Source of the DNA: an uncultured Candidatus Saccharibacteria bacterium
GTDB lineage: Bacteria; Patescibacteriota; Dojkabacteria; SC72
Length of the DNA stretch: 45,443 bases
Direction: 5' to 3'
Assembly (NCBI GenBank): GCA_964514595.1
Contig: CAZEQZ010000003.1
Location: 1 to 45,443, forward strand
In this document: in pieces, positions 18,537 to 26,854 of the stretch
Layout of the letters: each line of letters begins with the position of its first letter
How positions within the stretch are numbered: the first letter of the stretch is position 1
The notes under the pieces: generated by a model
Told to the model about the DNA's origin: nothing
Seen by the model: only the letters and a program-made list of their open reading frames with translations
Database searches by the model: none
Translations under genes and position numbers: made by a program

Positions 18537-19256
18537 ATGCCAGATGACATAGTAGGAAAGTCAAATCTTTTTCTCAGAAACAACATATTGAACTCTAATT
18601 TTCCTAGAGTATTAACTGTGTTAATTACTTTGATACTTTACTCATTCTTACTTTCACCCAAAGTAGAATCTTTTTTTATAAATAAAATAGCCTCCAGTAT
18701 TAGAAATAACTCTCTTGTAGAGGTTAACTCTCTCACCCCAATATTTGATATTCATGTGTATGCTGGAGAATACAATCTTTCTTCTTCTTTTGATGGAGGG
18801 AGTAGTACAAGTAGGACTAGATTCTTTACACTTGATCCAAGAGTCCTTGCAATGAACAAATTTTTAACGGACTATCAATCTCCAATGGCTAAGTATGCAG
18901 AGGTATTTATCACAGAAGCAGACAAATACGGACTTGATTGGAGACTTATTGCCTCAATCTCCGGTGTTGAATCCGCATTCGGGAATATTATGCCAAGAGG
19001 ATCTCATAATGGTTGGGGATGGAGAGGAATAAATAGAAATGATGCTGGGTGGAGTATATTTGGATCCTGGGAAGAGGCAATATCACATATTACGGAGCGA
19101 ATGGCATTAGGATACGGAACAGACTTAACTCCTTTTGAAATACAGAATACATACTGTCCCCCTTGTGGAGAGTCTGGTCTAGATCTCTGGGCTAAGGGTG
19201 TAACTCGATTCATGAATGAGTTAGAATATTATGTAAATAATCTAGATACACTTTAA
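18537..19256 (+). CDS. membrane-anchored lytic transglycosylase-like (SLT/MltB-like) protein
   Basis: 239 aa with an N-terminal TM helix. YGLDWRLIASISGVESAFGN resembles the catalytic Glu-Ser region of lytic transglycosylases. Confidence 0.5.
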   Translation: MPDDIVGKSNLFLRNNILNSNFPRVLTVLITLILYSFLLSPKVESFFINKIASSIRNNSLVEVNSLTPIFDIHVYAGEYNLSSSFDGGSSTSRTRFFTLDPRVLAMNKFLTDYQSPMAKYAEVFITEADKYGLDWRLIASISGVESAFGNIMPRGSHNGWGWRGINRNDAGWSIFGSWEEAISHITERMALGYGTDLTPFEIQNTYCPPCGESGLDLWAKGVTRFMNELEYYVNNLDTL

Positions 19257-19259
19257 ATC

Positions 19260-19547
19260 ATGCTAAAACTTCTAATACGTCTAGGATACATCGCCATAAT
19301 GTTTATAGAGGCATTAATTATAACCAGAATAATTCTGTTATTAATTAATGCAAATTTGGAGAATCATTTTGCTAGTTGGATTATGAGTATGAGTAGTATA
19401 TTTGTCCAACCTTTTGATGGAATAGTAGCTTCTACATTACAAATAAATGCTTTTTCAATACCTCTAACTCCAATAGTGGCTCTCCTTTTCTATATAGTTG
19501 GCGCCTTTGTACTATCAGAACTACTAAAATCTTTCTCTAGAGAGTAG
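19260..19547 (+). CDS. YggT-like small membrane protein
   Basis: 95 aa, two TM helices, and a size and pattern (FVQPFDGIV...IPLTPIVALLFY) compatible with the YggT family. Confidence 0.5.
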   Translation: MLKLLIRLGYIAIMFIEALIITRIILLLINANLENHFASWIMSMSSIFVQPFDGIVASTLQINAFSIPLTPIVALLFYIVGAFVLSELLKSFSRE

Positions 19548-19562
19548 AATTGATATGGTATA

Positions 19563-20306
19563 ATGGTTGGCATGGCAAGAATAGATTTGAAAAAGACCTC
19601 AGGTTTCCCAATTGTATATGATGGTGACGACCTAGTAGTTAAAGATTTCTCCTTTAAAGAAAAGATTGACATCACTATTGATGACATGAGGGTTCAACTT
19701 CTTAACAAGGAGCTTTCTTGTCCAGATGTGTTCTATAGAAAATACAAATGTCTAGATCATAATGACATATATAAATCAAAGGATGTGAAGATTAATTTCT
19801 ACACACTTAAGCCCAATCTAGCAGGTATAGAGTTTGTTAAAACAAGAGCCACTAGATGCAAAAACTATCCTAGGATATTTGATATTGTATACGGTGGAGC
19901 CACAGTATTACTCCAAAAATATACAAATCCAAAGAATAATAGAATTATAAAAATAGTTGCTAAAAAGGAGCAAAAGATTATTGTCCCTGCAGGATATGAG
20001 GTTGTTGTTGTGAATACTAGACAGAATTCCAATCTTGTTTTTGCAGAATATTTAAGTTGCAAAGCAACACCAAAAGTAGTGCTTGATGATAATAACGGTT
20101 TAGCCTATTATATTATTAGGAAAAATGCTAAACAGGAAACTGTCCGTAATCCTAGCTACAAAATTGTTAATGAACCAGAGAAATTAGATTGGGACAGAAT
20201 TATAAAAGAGTATGGTATTACTCCTAAAACTCCTGTTATTAAACAAATTATAAGGAAGTATGAGAAATTTGACTGGCTATTTAAAGAAAATTCTGTATCT
20301 ATTTAG
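19563..20306 (+). CDS. cupin-type phosphoglucose isomerase-like protein lacking the His metal ligands
   Basis: 247 aa. PNLAGIEFVKTRATRC...LLQKY and VPAGYEVVVVN follow the scaffold of the archaeal cupin-PGI signature, but GHxH is replaced by ATRC and the second His by Glu. Confidence 0.45.
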   Translation: MVGMARIDLKKTSGFPIVYDGDDLVVKDFSFKEKIDITIDDMRVQLLNKELSCPDVFYRKYKCLDHNDIYKSKDVKINFYTLKPNLAGIEFVKTRATRCKNYPRIFDIVYGGATVLLQKYTNPKNNRIIKIVAKKEQKIIVPAGYEVVVVNTRQNSNLVFAEYLSCKATPKVVLDDNNGLAYYIIRKNAKQETVRNPSYKIVNEPEKLDWDRIIKEYGITPKTPVIKQIIRKYEKFDWLFKENSVSI

Positions 20307-22149
20307 TCCGTTATTCCTATTTATTATTTTTCTTAATTCAACATTTGCAAACGAAGGCTTTAAAATATATACAGCCTTTGAGCATACATTAACGGAAAGT
20401 TCTATTGATTCACAAGTATTAATTCAAATACAATCAGACTCCCCTAGAGTTCTCTCCTACTATACCGCGTCTATCCCAATAAAGGATTTAAATACAGAGT
20501 GTCTTAATTACAAAACAGGCCAACCCGTTGAATGCACATTGTACCACAGAGGAAGCGTTACAGACGTTCTGTTTAATCTTAAAAACTCAGTTGTTAAGCC
20601 AGATGCTCCTATGGAGATATTGCTAAAATATAGTACTTCATCTACAACAAGTAATACATACACCATGCCTTCACAGATAAGTGATACTACTACAAACAGT
20701 ATTTTGATTAGATATCCTAAAGAAATGGGAGAACCTCTCTGGTCATCTGATCCTATCCAAAATATTAAGGCCTCTGGAGAAAACTTAGAGATTATAATAA
20801 ATAAGCCCTCCTACTCTAGTATCTCTCTGCTTTTTGGAGAAAACGTTACATACCGATTTGATATCAGCAAAGTATTTTCTAATTCTTTAGAAGGAGAGAA
20901 TCAAACCTTTGAGGTATATGTTCCTGCTGACACGTCAAACCAAATTGTTATATGGGACGAAATATCTCCACAGCCCAACACTACGCTTAAGGATGAAGAT
21001 GGAAACTATATTTTTAAATATATTGTAGCTCCAAATGAAACCTTGGATTGCAAAATATCTGGATATATAAAGAAAACCGAAACAACACAGGAAGAGGTAT
21101 CTAACTCATTTCTGACAGAGACAACAGGGTACTGGTCTATAACCAATAATACAGAATTTAAGAGAGTAAATACCTATTTAAAGAAAAAAGGGTTAAAAAT
21201 AGAGGATAATTTTGACGATATAAATGATATAGATGATAATCAGAAGGAGCTTTTCTACAAATACATATATCAGTATGTAATAGAGAGATTAAATTACGAA
21301 TCAAATATATCCTTAGGTATAACAAATGAGACCAGATTAGGAGCCAATGCATTAACAGAAGCTTCTAATGAATCAAGCACAATAGATTATGCTGATTTCC
21401 TCATAGCTATCCTTAGAAAATACAAGGTACCAAGCAGATTGATCATTGGATATATTTCAAATATCACTGGGTACACTGCAGACGGATTCTATCATCACTG
21501 GGTTGAATATTTTGACACAACAACAAATAAATGGATAACAGTAGATCCATTCCTAGAGGAATATTTTGAGAAGCCTCTTTCGGGAAGCTCCTTCTATGAC
21601 CATATTGTGATACTTAAAAGAGGAAAATCAGCTGTCTCACCTAAAATGTCTTTCTTCCAAGACAACGATTTTGTGGTTCGATCTGATACTCAAGAGAATG
21701 TAAAGGCGGAATTTGATGTTAACTCTCAAATAAGCTTTGAGGAGTATAAAATAACTAACAGATATCTGAAGGGATATATATATGTATCAAATGTAGGAAA
21801 TACTGCTATTAGCTCATATAAGATATTAAAATCCAACATATCTAACATACAAAGATATATGGATCCTGTTAATAACCTACAATCTCAAATAATCCTTCCA
21901 AAGCAGAACAGTACACTCCAGCTTAATATCCCTACAGAGAAGGTAAACAGCAAGAATATATTTATAAATATAACATACGAGAATAGTAACTCCCAGAAGA
22001 AGGAAATGATACTTGAGAACGAATTAGAGGAGATTGTGCCTGGATATCTTATCTTGATTGCTAAAATTCTTTCCTTAATAATTTTTTCAGCTATTACTTT
22101 TTTGATATACTTCTTAGTAAAGAAATTTATAAAAAGAAAAAATGGATAA
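20260..22149 (+). CDS. secreted/membrane-anchored transglutaminase-like domain protein (no catalytic Cys)
   Basis: 629 aa with signal peptide and C-terminal TM helix. The core DYADFLIAILRKYKVPSRLIIGY...HHWVEYFD...WITVDP matches the transglutaminase-like fold. SD AAGGAAG sits just upstream of the ATG. Confidence 0.65.
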   Translation: MRNLTGYLKKILYLFSPLFLFIIFLNSTFANEGFKIYTAFEHTLTESSIDSQVLIQIQSDSPRVLSYYTASIPIKDLNTECLNYKTGQPVECTLYHRGSVTDVLFNLKNSVVKPDAPMEILLKYSTSSTTSNTYTMPSQISDTTTNSILIRYPKEMGEPLWSSDPIQNIKASGENLEIIINKPSYSSISLLFGENVTYRFDISKVFSNSLEGENQTFEVYVPADTSNQIVIWDEISPQPNTTLKDEDGNYIFKYIVAPNETLDCKISGYIKKTETTQEEVSNSFLTETTGYWSITNNTEFKRVNTYLKKKGLKIEDNFDDINDIDDNQKELFYKYIYQYVIERLNYESNISLGITNETRLGANALTEASNESSTIDYADFLIAILRKYKVPSRLIIGYISNITGYTADGFYHHWVEYFDTTTNKWITVDPFLEEYFEKPLSGSSFYDHIVILKRGKSAVSPKMSFFQDNDFVVRSDTQENVKAEFDVNSQISFEEYKITNRYLKGYIYVSNVGNTAISSYKILKSNISNIQRYMDPVNNLQSQIILPKQNSTLQLNIPTEKVNSKNIFINITYENSNSQKKEMILENELEEIVPGYLILIAKILSLIIFSAITFLIYFLVKKFIKRKNG

Positions 22150-22558
22150 TTCTTTATTTCTACCAATAACAATATTAATATTAATAGCCGTACTGTTTCT
22201 TCTAGTAGCTATAAATAGCAAGAAGATAGATATAACTAAGAAGAAAAAACTATTAGAAGAACTATATGCCTTAAAGAGTTTGGCATTAAGTGAGGAACTC
22301 TCTGTTAGGAGAGATTCCATTATTAAATTGGATAATCTATTATCAAAATCACTTCAGCTTTATTTCAAAAACACCCTACCCTGTGGTGATAATTTAAAAA
22401 GTGCAAAAAAAATATTTAAAAAGAGAGCATATAATTCGTTGTGGGAAGTTCATAAATTAAGAAATAAAGTTGTTCATAATGATTATGCTGTATCATTGGA
22501 TGAAGCAAAAAAGGCATTTGAAATATATAAAATAAGTATATTAAAGATACTACAATGA
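22142..22558 (+). CDS. membrane-tethered small protein with HEPN-like Rx4H motif
   Basis: 138 aa. N-terminal TM helix, basic cytoplasmic linker, and WEVHKLRNKVVHND (R107-x4-H112). Overlaps the upstream stop by 8 nt and the downstream start by ATGA. Confidence 0.55.
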   Translation: MDNSLFLPITILILIAVLFLLVAINSKKIDITKKKKLLEELYALKSLALSEELSVRRDSIIKLDNLLSKSLQLYFKNTLPCGDNLKSAKKIFKKRAYNSLWEVHKLRNKVVHNDYAVSLDEAKKAFEIYKISILKILQ

Positions 22559-23208
22559 AGAAAGTACTACTTCTCACAATACTAATTACACTACTCACCC
22601 CATTTTCTATATTCGCTGGAGAGGGGTACGCTGACATACAAGAGAATAACCAACAGGTAGTACAACCACCAACCTCAGAAAATGAAGAGGATTTTGAAGA
22701 GACGACACAGATAGATGAAAATACGAAGAAGGTAGCTACAAAATACTTTGATTTAACCTTAGAGAGAAGACCTCAATCTGCATTTGGTAATCATGTCCCA
22801 TATGTCTTAACTATTAAACCACATCTTGATTCTCCTAGAACTCAGATTCTTTGGAATACTCCCTCCACATTAGAGGTAAATTCCCGACATGCTGAGTTCG
22901 TAGATTTAGAGGAGGGAGAGACATACACATTTAGGGTAAATATTAAACCGTTAAGGGCAGGTACATATGATTTCTCCGCGTCTGTAATATCATGGCAACA
23001 TGATACAAATTATACAAATTCTATAGATGACACTTTAACATTTGATAGGAGCTTGGTACTACAACCTGTTAGTTCCCAGTACCAAATCTTTAATGTTTTG
23101 AAGATCGTTATAATACTTATACTGTTTATCGTAGTCTGTATTATAGCTGTGAGAATTGTAAAGAGGTATATGGTTAAAGCAAAGAAATGGCTAACACCTC
23201 CATACTAA
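22555..23208 (+). CDS. surface protein with Ig-like beta domain and C-terminal TM anchor
   Basis: 217 aa. Signal peptide, acidic linker, a beta-rich domain (GETYTFRVNIKPLRAGTYDFSASVISW) and a C-terminal TM helix followed by basic residues. Confidence 0.55.
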   Translation: MKKVLLLTILITLLTPFSIFAGEGYADIQENNQQVVQPPTSENEEDFEETTQIDENTKKVATKYFDLTLERRPQSAFGNHVPYVLTIKPHLDSPRTQILWNTPSTLEVNSRHAEFVDLEEGETYTFRVNIKPLRAGTYDFSASVISWQHDTNYTNSIDDTLTFDRSLVLQPVSSQYQIFNVLKIVIILILFIVVCIIAVRIVKRYMVKAKKWLTPPY

Positions 23209-23408
23209 TCTTTCAAGAAATAGCCAATATCCTTATTTAACTCCTTTGCTATTTTAAGTAGGTTACCCACAGGTGGATACACGATTCCCTTCTCATACAT
23301 ACTTATAGATTTATCTGACAGTCCTACTCTCATACCTAATACCTTCTGAGAGTATCGCATATCTTCTCTAGCCTTTCTTAATCTTTCTGCAAATATTTTA
23401 GTATTCAT
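23205..23408 (-). CDS. XRE-family helix-turn-helix transcriptional regulator
   Basis: 67 aa. ERLRKAREDMRYSQKVLGMRVGLSDKSISMYEKG is a typical Cro/C1 HTH. The start overlaps the upstream stop (ATGA). Confidence 0.8.
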   Translation of the reverse strand: MNTKIFAERLRKAREDMRYSQKVLGMRVGLSDKSISMYEKGIVYPPVGNLLKIAKELNKDIGYFLKD

Positions 23409-23959
23409 CTTTCTCCAAAGAAAAGATAAAGTAATCTATCTAAGAACCCTTCTTTCTCTTTTCTCTCTACATGACTATCTTTGGGTATACTGTAATGAAC
23501 ATTATTCTCTTCAAATATATTCTCATTTGTCAAAAAGGGTGTATTTCTATTCTGTCTTAATGATTCAATTGTATTATTTTTCTCAACCAATAATCTTTTT
23601 AACTCAAGAAATTCATTCTCCTTATCTTCCAATGTTGTTTTGAGTTTTAATACAGTAGATTGATACTGTTTATTTTCTTCCTTTAGTTCAGGAAACTTAT
23701 TAGACTTCTCCAATATATTTTTATGTTCATCTCCCTCTAATAACTTTTTTACAATCTGTTCCTTTTTCAAAGTACTGTATTTGTAGTATGACATTTCTCT
23801 AGATGATGGTTCCCTGCCTAATACTAATTCAAATATTTCCTTTATAGCAGGGAGTTTTATAGCAGATGGTTCAAAGCTCAATTGGGAGGATGATCCTCCT
23901 TTGGAAAAGTCATCTGTGTCGTCACCTTTGTCCCACATTGGAACATCAACGTTTTTCAT
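23405..23959 (-). CDS. hypothetical coiled-coil protein with DUF4214-like segment
   Basis: 184 aa. IKEIFELVLGREPSSREMSYYKYS resembles the DUF4214 repeat, followed by a long E/K-rich coiled coil. Confidence 0.45.
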   Translation of the reverse strand: MKNVDVPMWDKGDDTDDFSKGGSSSQLSFEPSAIKLPAIKEIFELVLGREPSSREMSYYKYSTLKKEQIVKKLLEGDEHKNILEKSNKFPELKEENKQYQSTVLKLKTTLEDKENEFLELKRLLVEKNNTIESLRQNRNTPFLTNENIFEENNVHYSIPKDSHVERKEKEGFLDRLLYLFFGER

Positions 23960-23997
23960 ACCTATGATTATATTACAAATTGTGGATAATTTGTAGA

Positions 23998-24074
23998 TGG
24001 AGCAGGAGACGGGACTCGAACCCGCAACCCTCTGTTTGGAAAACAGATATTCTAACCAATTGAACTACTCCTGC
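23998..24074 (-). tRNA. tRNA-Gly (anticodon UCC), CCA encoded
   Basis: Hand fold: acceptor GCAGGAG/CTCCTGC, anticodon stem TCTGT/ACAGA with loop TTTCCAA, T-loop TTCGAGT and discriminator U73, which is typical for Gly. Confidence 0.85.
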
Positions 24075-24094
24075 AAGAGCTATATACAAATATA

Positions 24095-24586
24095 CTAAGA
24101 TTCTTTCTTCTCTTCAACCTTTACTTCCTCTACAACCTCTTCCTTTGCTACTTCTTCCGGTATCTCCTCGCCTTCTTCCAACTGCTCCGGCGCTACCTCT
24201 CCCGTTACAGGTACATCTACTTCATCAGTTAGATATATATCTTTTGTCGATCCAGTTTTAAGAGCTTTTCTTCCAACCCTACCTCTTAGGTAGTACAACT
24301 TTGATCTCCTAACTGTACCTCTCTTAACCACTTCTATCTTTTCCAATACTGGGGAGTGTAATGGAACTATCTTCTCTACTCCCACACCGTATGATATCTT
24401 TCTAACTACAATATTCTTATTCAAGCCACTACCCTTTATTGATATTACCACACCCTCAAATACCTGTATTCTCTCCTTGTTCCCTTCCTTAATCTTAAGA
24501 TGAAGCTTAACAGTATCTCCAACCTTAACATCAGGTCTTTTTTTGTAGAAACTCTCTTCTACTTTTTTAATAATATTACTATCCAT
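24095..24586 (-). CDS. rplS: 50S ribosomal protein L19 with about 48-aa acidic C-terminal extension
   Basis: [34 protein letters not shown]...[10 protein letters not shown] is canonical L19. Tail [50 protein letters not shown] upstream. Confidence 0.9.
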   Translation of the reverse strand: MDSNIIKKVEESFYKKRPDVKVGDTVKLHLKIKEGNKERIQVFEGVVISIKGSGLNKNIVVRKISYGVGVEKIVPLHSPVLEKIEVVKRGTVRRSKLYYLRGRVGRKALKTGSTKDIYLTDEVDVPVTGEVAPEQLEEGEEIPEEVAKEEVVEEVKVEEKKES

Positions 24587-24674
24587 AATGAATTCCTTAA
24601 ATATATTACTAGTTTGCAGTTGTGATTATAGAATAAATTTCAAAAATATGCCACAATGTATACAACAACTGCCT

Positions 24675-26204
24675 ATGAAAGTAAAACAAAAAGTACTGTT
24701 AATAATATTAGATGGATTGGGAGCTGCTCCAAAGGACAAGGGAAATGCTGTTGTACTGGCAAATCCAGAAAACCTTTCTAGCTTCTGGAGTATATATCCA
24801 CACACATATCTCCTTGCATCTGGCGAGGCTGTGGGACTTCCTAAGAACGTTAAGGGAAATAGTGAAGTTGGACATCTTAATTTAGGTGCTGGAAATGCTG
24901 TATACCAAAGTCTTCCTAGAATAAATAACGCCATACAAAGAGGATTAATATACAGGAATGATACATTAAGAAATGCATTTATACATGCTCAAAAATTTGG
25001 TAGTAATATACACCTAATAGGATTATTAAGTGATGGTAGTGTACACTCACATATAGATCATTTTAAGGTTTTCATTGATTATTTTGCTAAATCAAACTTT
25101 CAAAATGAACTCTTTATACATGCCATAACAGATGGAAGAGATACTGCCCCAAATGTTGCTCTTAATCATTTAATCAGTATAGACAAATTTTGTTTGGAGA
25201 GAGGTATCGGGAAATTAGGAACATTCATAGGGAGATACTATGCCATGGATAGAAATAGAAAATGGGATAGAACACAAAGAGCATACTATTTATTAGAGAA
25301 AAACATAGGGGAGAAATTTCCGACATACCAAAAAGCCATAGAGGAATACTATGCCAGAGGTATAACTGACGAATTCCTTGAGCCCACTGTTGTTAATCCT
25401 AGCACAATACAGCCCAATGATGTTGTATTAATGTTAAATTACAGACCTGACAGATCACTTCAATTAACCGAGGCTTTGCATGCTCCAGATTTTAATGGCT
25501 TTAGCAGAGAATTAATACCCAATCTTTTTGTAGCAAGTATGATTGAATACAGAAAAAATTTCCCGGAGAATGTTGTCTTCCCTAAACAGTATATAAATCT
25601 GCCCGTGGGGAAAATAATAGATTCAATGGGTTTAAGACAGTTAAGAATTTCTGAAACAGAAAAATTTCCTCATGTGACATATTTCTTTAATGGTGGAGTA
25701 CCTGCTCCTTTCTCAAAAGAGGATCGAACAGTTATTCCATCTCCCAAGGTTGCAACATATGATCAGAAACCCGAGATGAGTGCATTGGATATAACAAGCG
25801 TTTTAGTAGATAGGATAAAGACCCAAATGTATGATTTTATACTTGTTAATTTTGCCAACACAGATATGGTTGGCCATACTGGAAACCTGGAGGCAGGAAT
25901 TAAGGCCGTAAAGGTGATAGATCACTGTATACATGAATTAGTCAGAGCTTTCACCAGCTACGGTGGGGTTGTAATCATCACTTCGGATCATGGAAATGTT
26001 GAAGAGATGATAAATGTAGAGGATGGAGGTATCGATACAGAACACTCCCTGAATCCAGTACCTTTCATAATTGCAGGCACACAGGTAACTGCTAAAACCC
26101 TCCCCTACGGCTCTCTTCGAGATGTTGCCCCTACGATATTAGAAGTTATGGGTATACCAAAACCAAGTGATATGACAGGTCAATCACTTATTCGATCTCT
26201 TTGA
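24675..26204 (+). CDS. gpmI: 2,3-bisphosphoglycerate-independent phosphoglycerate mutase
   Basis: Motifs LLIILDGLG, GNSEVGHLNLGAG, NFANTDMVGHTG and ITSDHGN. Start at MKVKQKV (24675) is preferred over the ORF-track start at 24588. Confidence 0.9.
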   Translation: MKVKQKVLLIILDGLGAAPKDKGNAVVLANPENLSSFWSIYPHTYLLASGEAVGLPKNVKGNSEVGHLNLGAGNAVYQSLPRINNAIQRGLIYRNDTLRNAFIHAQKFGSNIHLIGLLSDGSVHSHIDHFKVFIDYFAKSNFQNELFIHAITDGRDTAPNVALNHLISIDKFCLERGIGKLGTFIGRYYAMDRNRKWDRTQRAYYLLEKNIGEKFPTYQKAIEEYYARGITDEFLEPTVVNPSTIQPNDVVLMLNYRPDRSLQLTEALHAPDFNGFSRELIPNLFVASMIEYRKNFPENVVFPKQYINLPVGKIIDSMGLRQLRISETEKFPHVTYFFNGGVPAPFSKEDRTVIPSPKVATYDQKPEMSALDITSVLVDRIKTQMYDFILVNFANTDMVGHTGNLEAGIKAVKVIDHCIHELVRAFTSYGGVVIITSDHGNVEEMINVEDGGIDTEHSLNPVPFIIAGTQVTAKTLPYGSLRDVAPTILEVMGIPKPSDMTGQSLIRSL

Positions 26205-26810
26205 GTATTCCTTTCCTATTTTCCATATATACAGTAATAGAGCAATTACTCCTATGAAAATTATAATTCTTTCATACTCATCAACATATGCTGAAACAAG
26301 ATGCCAACTCTCTCCAAGAAAATATCCTGCAAAACAAATGATAGATGTTAAGATTAAACATCCTGAGAAAGTTAAAACAACAAAATGAGCAAAGTTCATC
26401 TTAACCATTCCTGCAGGGAAAGACACTACAGATCTAACGATAGGGAGAAGTCTTCCAAAGAATACAATACTACTTCCATGCTTTTCAAAAGCTTCATACC
26501 CTTTAGCCACATCTTCTTCGGATAAAAATACATACTTACCGTATTTCTCCAAAAACTTTCTAATATGCTTCTCTCCCCACAATCCAATGAAATAGTATGG
26601 GGTGGTGCCTAAGAATGCTCCTAAGGTTGCAAAAATAATCACTACAAATATATTAAGAGTTCCTTGAGATGCTACAAATCCAGAGAATGCTAATACAACT
26701 TGACTAGGAATAGGAGCAATAAAACTTTCCAGAAACATTGTAAATAGTATACTTGGATATCCCAATGTATCTATGGAATTAACAAGCCAGTCTACTAGTT
26801 GATTAATCAT
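26184..26810 (-). CDS. DedA family membrane protein
   Basis: 208 aa. LGYPSILFTMFLESFIAPIPSQVVLAFSG is followed by four to five TM helices. The 3' end overlaps the gpmI 3' end by 21 nt. Confidence 0.8.
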   Translation of the reverse strand: MINQLVDWLVNSIDTLGYPSILFTMFLESFIAPIPSQVVLAFSGFVASQGTLNIFVVIIFATLGAFLGTTPYYFIGLWGEKHIRKFLEKYGKYVFLSEEDVAKGYEAFEKHGSSIVFFGRLLPIVRSVVSFPAGMVKMNFAHFVVLTFSGCLILTSIICFAGYFLGESWHLVSAYVDEYERIIIFIGVIALLLYIWKIGKEYSKRSNK

Positions 26811-26854
26811 AGGTGTTAGTTAAAAAGTAAGCTAACGGAAACTATACCACCTTA

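Noticed and set aside
23998-24074. On first pass I read this tRNA as tRNA-Trp (CCA).
   Set aside because: Re-folding with a 5-bp anticodon stem (TCTGT/ACAGA) gives the 7-nt loop TTTCCAA and hence anticodon UCC (Gly). The U73 discriminator agrees with Gly.
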